This document shows positions 1 to 9,095 of a stretch of 64,000 bases of DNA, piece by piece. Source of the stretch: an uncultured Pseudomonadota bacterium (lineage in GTDB: Bacteria; Pseudomonadota; Alphaproteobacteria; RF32; CAG-239). The translations under genes were made by a program, and so were the position numbers. The notes beneath the pieces are model-generated. The model did not search any database and was not told where the DNA came from. It saw only the letters and a program-made list of their open reading frames with translations. The stretch lies in contig CASERH010000003.1 in NCBI GenBank assembly GCA_949290295.1, positions 650 through 64,649 of the forward strand. Reading direction: 5' to 3'. Position 1 is the stretch's first letter. Every line of letters begins with the position of its first letter.

Positions 1-94
1 CCACGTCAATACATTTTTTTAAAAAATATGTTTTTTTATCACAACTTTGTTATATGATGGCAAAAGTTGTTGAAATAGGAAAAGGATTTGTATC

Positions 95-523
95 ATGAAT
101 ATTGCTATTGCCTCTGATCATGGTGGTTTTGAACTCAAGGGACAACTAATTGAATATTATGCAAAAAAAGGTATTAATTTGCAAGATTTGGGAACGCATT
201 CAACCGAATCTTGCGATTATCCTCTTATTGCTCGCAAGATGACAGATGCCATCTTGAATAAACAGGCAGATCTCGGAATCCTTATCTGCGGAACGGGAAT
301 CGGTATCTCTATTGCTGCCAACAGAGTTAAAGGAATCCGCGCCGCTCTTCTTTATAATGCGGAAGTTGCTCGTTTGGCTAAACAACACAATAATGCTAAC
401 ATTGTCGTCTTTGGTGGCAGAACCCAAAAATTTGGAGATGTCGTATCATATCTTGATGCTTTCCTTAAGGCCGAGTTTGAGGGGGGTAGACACTTGCGCA
501 GAATCGGCGAATTGGATGAATAG
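95..523 (+). CDS. rpiB: Ribose-5-phosphate isomerase B (RpiB/LacAB family)
   Basis: 142-aa ORF with family-typical ICGTGIGISIAANR segment; immediately upstream of glyA. Confidence 0.9.
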   Translation: MNIAIASDHGGFELKGQLIEYYAKKGINLQDLGTHSTESCDYPLIARKMTDAILNKQADLGILICGTGIGISIAANRVKGIRAALLYNAEVARLAKQHNNANIVVFGGRTQKFGDVVSYLDAFLKAEFEGGRHLRRIGELDE

Positions 524-532
524 GAGGAAAAT

Positions 533-1786
533 ATGGATTTTACAGAAAATTTGAAGCAGGAAGATCCGCAAATCTTTAAGGCGATTGAAGATGAACTTAA
601 TCGCCAGCAAAATCAAATTGAACTCATTGCTTCTGAAAATATTGTTTCAAAAGCGGTCTTGGAAGCTCAGGGCTCCATTCTTACCAATAAATATGCCGAG
701 GGCTATTCAGGGCGACGCTATTATCATGGCTGTGAATTTGTTGATGTGGTTGAAAATTTGGCTATTGAGAGAGCAAAACAGTTGTTTGACTGCAAGTTTG
801 TCAATGTTCAGCCCCATTCCGGCAGCCAGGCCAATACCGCCGTGTATGTCGCTTTGCTTCAGCCTCATGATACAATCTTGGGTATGAGCCTTGATGCCGG
901 CGGCCACTTGACCCACGGAGCCAAAGTTTCAATTTCCGGCAAATGGCTCAATGCCGTTTCTTATGGTGTATGCAAAGATAGCGGGTTGATTGATTATGAA
1001 CAGGTCGAAAAACTTGCATTAGAACATCAACCAAAATTAATTATTGCCGGTGGTTCTGCTTATCCGCGCCAGATCGATTTTGCAAAGTTTAGAGCTATTG
1101 CCGACAAAGTTCATGCTTATTTGATGGTGGATATGGCACATTTTGCAGGTCTTGTGGCCGGCGGTGTACACCCGAATCCGCTTTCTTGGGCCGATGTGGT
1201 TACTACAACAACGCATAAAACTTTGCGCGGGCCTCGTGGCGGAATGATCTTGACCAATAACGAGGAAATTGCAAAAAAAATAAACTCCGCCATTTTCCCG
1301 GGGACTCAAGGTGGACCGTTGATGCACGTGATTGCAGCCAAGGCTGTCTGCTTTAAGGAGGATTTGACGCCTCAGTTCAAGGAATATGCCGCACAAGTTT
1401 TGAAAAATGCCAAGGCTTTGGGCGAAACTCTGCAAAAAAGAGGGCTTAACTTAGTTTCCGGCGGGACGGATACTCATTTATTGTTGGTTGATTTGCGGCC
1501 TAAAAACGTGACCGGTGATGTTGTGGCCACCGCTCTTGATAAAGCTAAAATTACTTGCAATAAAAATGCTATTCCGTTTGATCCAATGCCGCCCAAAATC
1601 ACATCGGGTATCAGAGTGGGGACACCGGCTGGAACAACCCGCGGATTTAAGGAGGCTGAATTTGAGCTTATCGGTAACTGGATTGCCGATGTGATAGATG
1701 CCATATCTGCCGGCACGCAAGAGAAGGTTATTGCCGAGACAGCGCAAAAAGTTGTGGCTTTGTGTCAGAAATTTCCGATTTATTGA
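533..1786 (+). CDS. glyA: Serine hydroxymethyltransferase
   Basis: 417 aa; PLP-lysine motif [14 protein letters not shown]; full-length SHMT-like sequence. Confidence 0.97.
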   Translation: MDFTENLKQEDPQIFKAIEDELNRQQNQIELIASENIVSKAVLEAQGSILTNKYAEGYSGRRYYHGCEFVDVVENLAIERAKQLFDCKFVNVQPHSGSQANTAVYVALLQPHDTILGMSLDAGGHLTHGAKVSISGKWLNAVSYGVCKDSGLIDYEQVEKLALEHQPKLIIAGGSAYPRQIDFAKFRAIADKVHAYLMVDMAHFAGLVAGGVHPNPLSWADVVTTTTHKTLRGPRGGMILTNNEEIAKKINSAIFPGTQGGPLMHVIAAKAVCFKEDLTPQFKEYAAQVLKNAKALGETLQKRGLNLVSGGTDTHLLLVDLRPKNVTGDVVATALDKAKITCNKNAIPFDPMPPKITSGIRVGTPAGTTRGFKEAEFELIGNWIADVIDAISAGTQEKVIAETAQKVVALCQKFPIY

Positions 1787-1808
1787 GAGGTATACAGAAA
1801 ACTAAGGA

Positions 1809-3131
1809 ATGCAAAAAATAAATTCTCAAAAATTGTGTGAAGTTGTACATTCTTCTTCAAAAGTTGTTGACACGGACATTGTTAATGTCGTGACTGACAG
1901 CCGAATTGCCAAAGAAGGTGATTTGTTTATAGCCATTAGGGGTGAGAAAAATGACGGGCATCTGTTTGTCGCCGATGTTTTAACAAAAGGTGCTAATTTG
2001 GCTATTGTTGACCACTTGGTTGAAGGCGTACCTGAAAACCGTCAGATTGTTGTTTCCGATACAATAAAAGCCTATGGGCAAATCGGAGCTTATAATCGCT
2101 CTTTATTTAAAGGAGTTGTTATTGGTTTAACCGGGAGTGCCGGCAAGACAACCACCAAAGAAGAAATAAAATTTGCTCTTTCTAAATTTGGCAAAGTCTA
2201 TGCAACCAGCGGCAATTTTAACAACCATATCGGGGTGCCGGCAACTTTATGCAATATGGATATGAGTGCTGATTATGCCGTGGTTGAAATGGGTATGAGT
2301 GCCAAAGGCGAAATTGAAAATTTGGTTTCTTATGTCGAGCCTGATGTGGCCATTGTTACCAATGTTTACCCGATGCATATTGAATTTTTTCCAAATTTTG
2401 AAGGGATTGCCGAGGCAAAAGCCGAGATTTTCAAACACCTTAAAAAAGGGGGCTTAGCCATCATCAATGAGGATACAAATTTTGCCTCTCTGCTTGAAAA
2501 AAGAGCGCTTGAAAACGGTGCCAGGGTTGTAAAATTCGGCAAAGGAAATCATCCGGATGTGGAACTTAATTTACAAGATAAGGGAGAGCACAATTATTAT
2601 AACGCCTGGTGTGTTTTGGCTCTTATCAATGCATTAGGGCTTGATGTTAATGTAACGGCTGAATATTTATCAGGCTTTGGAGCTTTGCCAGGGAGAGGAG
2701 CTAAGCATGTTTTAGGGCTTCCCGGTGGTGGAACGTATACCTTAATAGATGACAGCTATTCGGGCCAGCCGGAGGCTATGAAAATCGCAATTGAAACTTT
2801 GAGCAATACGCCGGCAAAAGGGCGCAAGATTGTGGTGCTTGGCAAAATGGCCGAGCTTGGCAATACCTCAAAGGCCATACACGAGGAAATCGGAAAAGTC
2901 TTGGCTACAAGCACAATAGATATTGTCATTGGGGTTTGCCCGGAAATGAAAGATATGTTGGCTCAACTGCCGAAAGAAAAAGAGCAGTATTATTTTGAAA
3001 ATAAGGATGGTTTGGATGAATTTCTTGTAAATAAGCTCTTGCAAAATAATGATATTGTCCTTATAAAAGGGGCAAGATATTCTTCAAAAATGTATCAGGT
3101 GACTGATGCCTTGTTGGAAAAAGGAAAGTAA
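1809..3131 (+). CDS. murF: UDP-N-acetylmuramoyl-tripeptide--D-alanyl-D-alanine ligase
   Basis: 440 aa Mur ligase with P-loop [13 protein letters not shown] and MurF-like N- and C-terminal regions. Confidence 0.85.
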   Translation: MQKINSQKLCEVVHSSSKVVDTDIVNVVTDSRIAKEGDLFIAIRGEKNDGHLFVADVLTKGANLAIVDHLVEGVPENRQIVVSDTIKAYGQIGAYNRSLFKGVVIGLTGSAGKTTTKEEIKFALSKFGKVYATSGNFNNHIGVPATLCNMDMSADYAVVEMGMSAKGEIENLVSYVEPDVAIVTNVYPMHIEFFPNFEGIAEAKAEIFKHLKKGGLAIINEDTNFASLLEKRALENGARVVKFGKGNHPDVELNLQDKGEHNYYNAWCVLALINALGLDVNVTAEYLSGFGALPGRGAKHVLGLPGGGTYTLIDDSYSGQPEAMKIAIETLSNTPAKGRKIVVLGKMAELGNTSKAIHEEIGKVLATSTIDIVIGVCPEMKDMLAQLPKEKEQYYFENKDGLDEFLVNKLLQNNDIVLIKGARYSSKMYQVTDALLEKGK

Positions 3132-3136
3132 AATCT

Positions 3137-3613
3137 ATGAAATGCCCGTTTTGCGGATGTGATGATACGCAGGTTAAAGATTCTCGCGATACCGATGATA
3201 ACACTGCTATCAGGCGCAGGAGAGAATGTTCAGAGTGCGGCTCGAGGTTTACGACTTTTGAGCGGGTGCAGTTGCGTGATTTGGTCGTGGTTAAGAAAAA
3301 CGGCGAGAAGGTTATGTTTGACCGTGATAAATTGGCTCGCTCTATCTATTTGGCAGTGCGCAAACGGCCGGTCAGCTCCGAGAGAGTGGAAAAGGTTGTC
3401 AACTCCATCCAACGCCGTTTGGAGGCCTCTGGTGAGGCTGAGGTGACATCTACTCAAATCGGCGAATATGTTATGGAAGCTCTCTCAACCCTTGATCATA
3501 TCGCTTATATCCGCTTTGCTTCTGTTTATAGGGATTTTAAGGAGGTCAGCGATTTTGAAGATTTTGTGGAGACTATTGATAGAATGGCTAAGCCTAAAGG
3601 AGATGAAAACTAA
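3137..3613 (+). CDS. nrdR: Transcriptional repressor NrdR
   Basis: N-terminal zinc ribbon (CPFC...CSEC) followed by ATP-cone-like region; 158 aa. Confidence 0.95.
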   Translation: MKCPFCGCDDTQVKDSRDTDDNTAIRRRRECSECGSRFTTFERVQLRDLVVVKKNGEKVMFDRDKLARSIYLAVRKRPVSSERVEKVVNSIQRRLEASGEAEVTSTQIGEYVMEALSTLDHIAYIRFASVYRDFKEVSDFEDFVETIDRMAKPKGDEN

Positions 3614-4116
3614 TGGCAAAATTTGTTTCAGAAAAAATCAGAATGAAATCTGCCGCACGTTTGGCTGCTGTGCAGGCTACTTATATGATTGAGTTTGGTC
3701 AGCTCTCGATTGATGAGGTGATTAAAGACTTTATCAATGGCGAGGTTGGCCGCTATGTGATTGATGATGAAAGCACCGAATTTGAGCAGAAAGAAGAACT
3801 CGTTGAAGTCGAGCAGATGGACACCTCTTATTTTGCCGAGCTTACCCGCGGTGTGCATAAAGAAAAAGAGCAGCTTGAGAGATCTTTGGCACATTATCTG
3901 CGCGAGGGTTGGTCTTTTGACCGTTTTGACGGAACCTTGCGGGCTTTGCTGCTTTGTGCCGCTTATGAGTTGGTGCATACAACAGATGTTGATGCCGCTG
4001 TTATTGTTAAAGAATATGTTGATTTGGCTTATGCTTTCTTTGCTAAAAACGAGCCCAAGATGGTGAATGCTTTGCTTGACCAGATTGCAAAAGAAATTCG
4101 CCCTTCGGGTAAATAA
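3613..4116 (+). CDS. nusB: Transcription antitermination factor NusB
   Basis: 167 aa; NusB-like helical protein (RLAAVQATY, LLLCAAYEL); start overlaps nrdR stop by 1 nt. Confidence 0.82.
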   Translation: MAKFVSEKIRMKSAARLAAVQATYMIEFGQLSIDEVIKDFINGEVGRYVIDDESTEFEQKEELVEVEQMDTSYFAELTRGVHKEKEQLERSLAHYLREGWSFDRFDGTLRALLLCAAYELVHTTDVDAAVIVKEYVDLAYAFFAKNEPKMVNALLDQIAKEIRPSGK

Positions 4117-4128
4117 GTTTGATGGTGT

Positions 4129-4656
4129 GTGCGTAAAATGGCAAAACTTAAATTATACGAATATCCGCATCCAATCCTCAAAAAAAAGGCTGAGAAGGTC
4201 GAAAAGGTTGATGATGAACTGCGCCGTTTTTTAGATGATATGTTGGAGACAATGTATGCTGACAACGGGTGTGGTCTGGCCGCACCGCAAGTCGGGGTTT
4301 CTAAAAGAGTGGTGGTGATTGATATTGCTCACGAAGGAGAAGAGCCACAGCCTTTGTATATGGTAAACCCGGAAATTACTTGGAAATCTGATGAAACAGA
4401 GGTTTGCGAGGAGGGATGTTTATCTTTGCCGGAGCTGAGGGCAGAGGTGGAGCGCCCGGCCAGTGTTAAAATCAGCTATCTTGATTATGACGGCAAAGCT
4501 TGTGAGCTTTTGGCTGAGGGTTTTTTGGCTGTGGCGGCTCAGCACGAATTGGACCATTTGGACGGGATTTTGTATATTGACCATTTGAGCCGGCTTAAGC
4601 GACAAATGCTGGTGAAAAAGCTGGAAAAAAACAGAAAAGAAAAAGCTCATCAATAA
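4129..4656 (+). CDS. def: Peptide deformylase
   Basis: Three canonical motifs GCGLAAPQVG, EGCLSLP, HELDHL; true start may be the ATG at 4138. Confidence 0.95.
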   Translation: MRKMAKLKLYEYPHPILKKKAEKVEKVDDELRRFLDDMLETMYADNGCGLAAPQVGVSKRVVVIDIAHEGEEPQPLYMVNPEITWKSDETEVCEEGCLSLPELRAEVERPASVKISYLDYDGKACELLAEGFLAVAAQHELDHLDGILYIDHLSRLKRQMLVKKLEKNRKEKAHQ

Positions 4657-4675
4657 GATGAGCTTTTTCTTTTAG
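4640..4675 (+). terminator. Intrinsic terminator of def
   Basis: Stem AAAAAGCTCATC / GATGAGCTTTTT with 5-nt loop, spanning the def stop codon and followed by a T-rich tract. Confidence 0.7.
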
Positions 4676-4703
4676 AGAGAATTTTAAAATAGACAAAAAA
4701 TAC

Positions 4704-4732
4704 TTGTATAGGGGTTGATTTTGTGGTATTAT
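4704..4732 (+). promoter_or_regulatory. Candidate sigma70-type promoter for the inserted gene
   Basis: TTGTAT - 17 nt - TATTAT; would give a roughly 260-nt leader before the ATG at 4999. Confidence 0.3.
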
Positions 4733-4998
4733 AATATTTGCTAAGTGCGATATGTCTATTATTAACTTTTTTGTATCATATGTAAGAAAAAGATTCGTTT
4801 TGAAAGAATGTTTGGACAAATTTGAGAGTTGCAAAGCTAGCAACCGCCCAGTGAGTGAAGTATAGTAACCTAGGGACCAGAAAACAAATTTGTAGAGCAT
4901 TGTGAGTAGAACGAAAGCCTTTTTCCCAGGGATGGTGCAGATTTAAATACATAAACTCCGGCTGAGTTCCGAAAGGAAGTAAGGTTTGGAGATTAGTT

Positions 4999-5961
4999 AT
5001 GGCAAACATTACCATAGCTTATTCGAAAGATGTTGAAAAGGTCGAGGGTTATGTCGCCGCAGGATATTGTCCCGTGGAGTGCTCTTTCGGGGGTGTTTCT
5101 GTGGTGGATGAACTGGAGCTCGACCATCATGGCGAGAAAAGCGGTCTTGAGTCTGTAGCAATACGGGCTTACCGCGATTTCTTTGGTGCTCGGGCTGAGG
5201 ATCCGCGCTTTGTGATCAACCATATTGATGCTGACAGCATCTTTGCGGTTGCATCTCTGGCCGGACTTCTGCCGCACCCGAGTCAGGCGGATAAGGTAAA
5301 GCCGTTCCAGGTGAAAACTTGGACGCAAGACCTTCTGCCGCTGGCCGAGACGATCTCCGTCGTCGACACAGATCCTATCGGACGGGACGTGCTCTCGATG
5401 CCGATGGGGGATATCCTGACGACGTGGAACGCGCTTTTCAGCGCTAACGCCGATGACGAGCTGGCTGCATACGCCGCCGTTGAGGGGTGGAGACGCCTGT
5501 TGACGCAGCCCTCTGCGCAGGTATTCGTATCTGCTGCTGAGGAATCTGAAAAACAGCGCCAGGTATCGGCCCTCGCTGATCTCAGTGAGAGAAGCGAGAA
5601 AGTCGGGGATGTGCTGGCCATTCGTCAGAGCCGAATGTTCGGCTTTGATATATGGTACCAGCGTCGTCCCGAATCAGGTGCTCCGACGGAGGCGCGCGGT
5701 TGGGCTAACCCTATGGTGGTTTCCTGGCTTGAGGGGCCTGAAAATATTACCGTGGCCTGCCCGAATCAGAAAGTAGCCGAAGAGCTGCTGGGTGAGGGTG
5801 GTTTGCGGAATGTTTTCCGTGAGCTTAATGCTCACTATGGCCTCGCTGAGACGTCAGGCTTTGGCGGCCGAGAAACTATAGGAGGTTCGCCCCGAGGTCA
5901 GAAAATGACCGAGGAGGATCTTCAGGTGGTTATTGCCATCATCCAGAGGATGATGAAATAA
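4999..5961 (+). CDS. Hypothetical protein, GC-rich foreign-looking gene; weak DHH-phosphoesterase-like motifs
   Basis: 320-aa ORF with GGAG RBS 7 nt upstream; G/C-ending codon usage unlike its neighbours; motifs LDHHG, NHIDADS, VVDTDP, GGRETIGGSP. Confidence 0.7.
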   Translation: MANITIAYSKDVEKVEGYVAAGYCPVECSFGGVSVVDELELDHHGEKSGLESVAIRAYRDFFGARAEDPRFVINHIDADSIFAVASLAGLLPHPSQADKVKPFQVKTWTQDLLPLAETISVVDTDPIGRDVLSMPMGDILTTWNALFSANADDELAAYAAVEGWRRLLTQPSAQVFVSAAEESEKQRQVSALADLSERSEKVGDVLAIRQSRMFGFDIWYQRRPESGAPTEARGWANPMVVSWLEGPENITVACPNQKVAEELLGEGGLRNVFRELNAHYGLAETSGFGGRETIGGSPRGQKMTEEDLQVVIAIIQRMMK

Positions 5962-5979
5962 TCATCTTTTGTTTCAAGA

Positions 5980-6007
5980 GAGAGGTGTTTTGCACCTCTC
6001 TTTTTTT
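5980..6007 (+). terminator. Intrinsic terminator of the inserted gene
   Basis: GAGAGGTG / CACCTCTC stem with 5-nt loop, followed by TTTTTTT. Confidence 0.8.
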
Positions 6008-6075
6008 GTTTTTGTGCTTGCTTATTTGTACAAAGTTTTTACAATGGGGCAAATTAATAAAGGAGATTAAATAAT

Positions 6076-6975
6076 ATGAAAATTGTGTTTTTGGGAACGC
6101 CGGATTTTGCTGTACCGACTTTGGAAGCTTTGTGCAAACATCATGATGTGGTGTGTGTTTATTGTCAGGCACCAAAAGAAGCCGGGCGCGGGCAGAAGAT
6201 TATTAAATCTCCGGTGCAGGTTTTCGCCGAAAGCAAGGGGATAGAGGTGCGCACGCCAAAGACTTTGCGCACGTCCGAGGAGCAAGAAAAATTTGTTGCA
6301 CTCCACGCTGATATCTCTGTTGTGGCTGCATATGGGCTTATTTTGCCAAAGGCGGTGATTGAGGCTTTTCCACTTGGGTGTTTGAATGTGCATGGTTCTC
6401 TCTTGCCAAGGTGGCGGGGGGCTGCGCCTATCCAAAGAGCGATTGAGGCCGGTGATGATAAAACCGGAATCACCATTATGCAGGTGGTGGAGGCTTTAGA
6501 TGCCGGGGCTATGTATAAAAAAGGCGAGATTAAGATTGATGAAAACACAACTGGCGGTTCTCTGCACGATGCAATGGCGGAGCTTGGGGCTAAGTTGATT
6601 GTGGAAGTTTTAGGCGATATCAAAAACATCACGCCTCAACCGCAAGATGAAAGCTTGGTGACCTATGCCGCCAAGATAGACAAGGCTGAGGCAAAGATTG
6701 ATTTTAATCAGCCGGCGCAAGTGTTGGAGCGCAAAATCAGAGCTTTTAACCCATATCCGGGCTGCTATTTTGAGCATGAAGGGGAGCGTTTTAAAATCTT
6801 GCGGGCAAAAGTGGTGCCAGAATGTGCCAAACCCGGGGAGATTTTGCCGGGCGAGGGCTTGAAGATTGCTTGCAAAGAGGGAGCGCTTGAGGTTTTGGAG
6901 ATTCAGCGCCAGGGTAAAAAAGCAATGCCGATCGGCGAGTTCTTAAAAGGGTATCATTTTTCCTCTTGCTTATAA
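6076..6975 (+). CDS. fmt: Methionyl-tRNA formyltransferase
   Basis: 299 aa; motif HGSLLPRWRGAAPIQRAI; N-terminal MKIVFLGTPDFAVP. Confidence 0.95.
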   Translation: MKIVFLGTPDFAVPTLEALCKHHDVVCVYCQAPKEAGRGQKIIKSPVQVFAESKGIEVRTPKTLRTSEEQEKFVALHADISVVAAYGLILPKAVIEAFPLGCLNVHGSLLPRWRGAAPIQRAIEAGDDKTGITIMQVVEALDAGAMYKKGEIKIDENTTGGSLHDAMAELGAKLIVEVLGDIKNITPQPQDESLVTYAAKIDKAEAKIDFNQPAQVLERKIRAFNPYPGCYFEHEGERFKILRAKVVPECAKPGEILPGEGLKIACKEGALEVLEIQRQGKKAMPIGEFLKGYHFSSCL

Positions 6976-6983
6976 AAACGAGA

Positions 6984-7009
6984 AACCCCGCATGTGAAAA
7001 TGCGGGGTT
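6984..7009. terminator. Bidirectional intrinsic terminator between convergent genes
   Basis: Perfect 10-bp stem AACCCCGCAT / ATGCGGGGTT with 6-nt loop, A/T-flanked. Confidence 0.8.
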
Positions 7010-7015
7010 CTTCGT

Positions 7016-7963
7016 TTATTTGTTGGGATTGAATATTTCCACCAACTTCAAGATATTCATTTCTGAAGCTGACAGTTCTGAAATTTTCTTTCCTTCAAGT
7101 CCAAGGCTATCTGCCAATTTCTTGGCTTTTGAGTATACTAAGATACTCATTCCTTGCTCTTTGATGTATTTTTCAACATCGAGGAAGAGCTGGAAGGCTC
7201 TGTCGCTGATGAAGTCGTTCTTGAAAACATAATCCATCAGCGAGACATGGAAGTATCCGGCGTAGGGGATGCTTTCTTTGATAAACTCAAAGCAAACATC
7301 CTTGATGTCTGCAGGAACGTCTTCACCTTCCGTGTAGGTGCCAAGCACCAGATTGATCTGTTTTTGGTACAAATCACTGTTGGCGGCAAATCTGGGATCC
7401 AAGGCCTGGTAGTACTCAGGAGCTGAAGCTTCGCAGCCTAAAGACATTAGCTCTTTTATGTGCTTGATGCTTTGAATTGTATAAAGAAGATATTCTGCTT
7501 TTATTTTGTCCTCTTTACCAAGCTTCTCTGCCACTGTTTTCATGGCCTCAACAGGAGAAGAGCTTTTCATTAGCTCAAGGCTTTGTCGATAGAAAGTTTT
7601 TTCTTTGTCAGCCAAGCGTTGAATCTTTGAGATTATTTTACCAATATGCTTCTGCCGGGCGGCAAAAGCTTTATTGGTATAAAATTTTCTCGCCAGCTTT
7701 AGTGCCTGAATGACGCTGACCTTGGGGTCTGATACCTGAGAGAAAAGTTCCGGCACACTCAGGTGCAGTTTCTCTTTTCTCATTTCATCGAGACAGTCTT
7801 TATGCCAAGTGGCATAGATATTGGCTTCGATGCTGTCGACTGCGAAGATTCTTTCTTCCGGAATCTCAAGTCCTTGCTGGAGCGCTCCGTACAGCCATTT
7901 TTTTACAATTGGCTGAAGCATTGACTGGAGAGTCTTTTCTTCTGGTGTTAATTTTCGTGTCAT
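7016..7963 (-). CDS. Hypothetical protein (orphan, helical, K/E-rich)
   Basis: 315-aa ORF with plausible coding composition; no family recognised; no signal peptide. Confidence 0.6.
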   Translation of the reverse strand: MTRKLTPEEKTLQSMLQPIVKKWLYGALQQGLEIPEERIFAVDSIEANIYATWHKDCLDEMRKEKLHLSVPELFSQVSDPKVSVIQALKLARKFYTNKAFAARQKHIGKIISKIQRLADKEKTFYRQSLELMKSSSPVEAMKTVAEKLGKEDKIKAEYLLYTIQSIKHIKELMSLGCEASAPEYYQALDPRFAANSDLYQKQINLVLGTYTEGEDVPADIKDVCFEFIKESIPYAGYFHVSLMDYVFKNDFISDRAFQLFLDVEKYIKEQGMSILVYSKAKKLADSLGLEGKKISELSASEMNILKLVEIFNPNK

Positions 7964-8076
7964 GGTAATTTATTTTTTAGTTTATTAATAATTTTTGTTC
8001 TCATAACTCGTCATTTTAGGGTATTTTGAAGGAGATGGCAAGATTTTTTTGTCTAAAATTTGGTTTTTATAAAAAA

Positions 8077-8107
8077 ATCCCCTTAAATCTTTTGGATTTA
8101 AGGGGAT
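8077..8107 (-). terminator. Intrinsic terminator of the 8120-8941 gene
   Basis: 13-bp stem ATCCCCTTAAATC / GATTTAAGGGGAT followed by a T-run on the minus strand. Confidence 0.75.
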
Positions 8108-8119
8108 AAGTGCTTTTTC

Positions 8120-8941
8120 TTATTCCGCCGTGCAATACTTTTCGGCCGCGCAATATTTTTCAGCAGCGGCAATCAAGATGTTGAACGCATTGAGCCTTTT
8201 CAGCTTGCGGGCGACCTGCCTTTCATCGTCACGATCGTCTCGCATCATTGCTAATTTGAGGCGCATAACCTCTTTATCTCGTTGAGCCTCAAAATAAGGC
8301 ATCAACGTTTTGATGAAAGTCTTTTCAAAGCGAGAATCTATAATAAATTCTTCGCCTTCTTTCTGTCCCATCAGACGGATGGCGTCCAACGGCACTAAAT
8401 CGCCATCTTCCCACAACAACCCCCAAAAATGGTGGTCATAGTAGTAGTTTTTACCAAAAGAGAGCGAATCTCCACGTATCCAGTTGACGCAGAACTCGTT
8501 GAGCTGTTTGTCCGGATAGCGAAGCCCGATAATCAGTAGGCGGGAGACTTTTGCGGGATAAACTATGCAGTAATTTATAGTGTATCTTTTGAATTTTTCT
8601 ATCTCCCTCTTTGTCAGACTGGCTACGTTCGGGTTGCGGTTGGTTATATAAGACCTTATATTTCCGCGCAACCGCTCCAGAAATGCTTGAATTTCTCCTT
8701 CAACAACTGAGCGAGGGCAATCTCTAGGAAGGTTATCTTCCAAAGAACCTGATGCGCCCAAAGGGTTTTGCGCCTTTCTGCTCGCTTTGTTAATTAGTGC
8801 ATTTGAAAGAGCCTCGAAGGTTTCTTTGCTAATTTTTCCTTCGATGTACCATTTGTGAAGTTGTTCCAGTTTTTGCTGGAGGTTCAATCCTCTAAGAGCC
8901 AAATTTTGCTCTTGAGACAGCTTGGGTTTTGATGTTTTCAT
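8120..8941 (-). CDS. Hypothetical protein (orphan) with tandem AAEKYC C-terminal repeat
   Basis: 273-aa ORF; no family recognised; C-terminus ...AAEKYCAAEKYCTAE is encoded by a short DNA tandem repeat. Confidence 0.6.
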   Translation of the reverse strand: MKTSKPKLSQEQNLALRGLNLQQKLEQLHKWYIEGKISKETFEALSNALINKASRKAQNPLGASGSLEDNLPRDCPRSVVEGEIQAFLERLRGNIRSYITNRNPNVASLTKREIEKFKRYTINYCIVYPAKVSRLLIIGLRYPDKQLNEFCVNWIRGDSLSFGKNYYYDHHFWGLLWEDGDLVPLDAIRLMGQKEGEEFIIDSRFEKTFIKTLMPYFEAQRDKEVMRLKLAMMRDDRDDERQVARKLKRLNAFNILIAAAEKYCAAEKYCTAE

Positions 8942-9095
8942 AAAAATAGGAATTTAATTATTTTATTAAACTTAAAAAAGCTGTCAGTTACTATAACATA
9001 ACTTCGTACTTTTTCAACCTTTTTTATTTTTTTTAAACTTTCAGGTGCTATATTACGTTTTAAAGTGTGTAGTTTGATTGTAAAAGGGTTGGATA

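Noticed and set aside
4845-4870. AACCGCCC segment resembling the conserved core of the fluoride (crcB) riboswitch in the leader of the inserted gene
   Set aside because: The flanking conserved elements I recall (the 5' GGxGAUGG pseudoknot strand and the 3' CUGAUGAU) are not present. It is likely coincidental.
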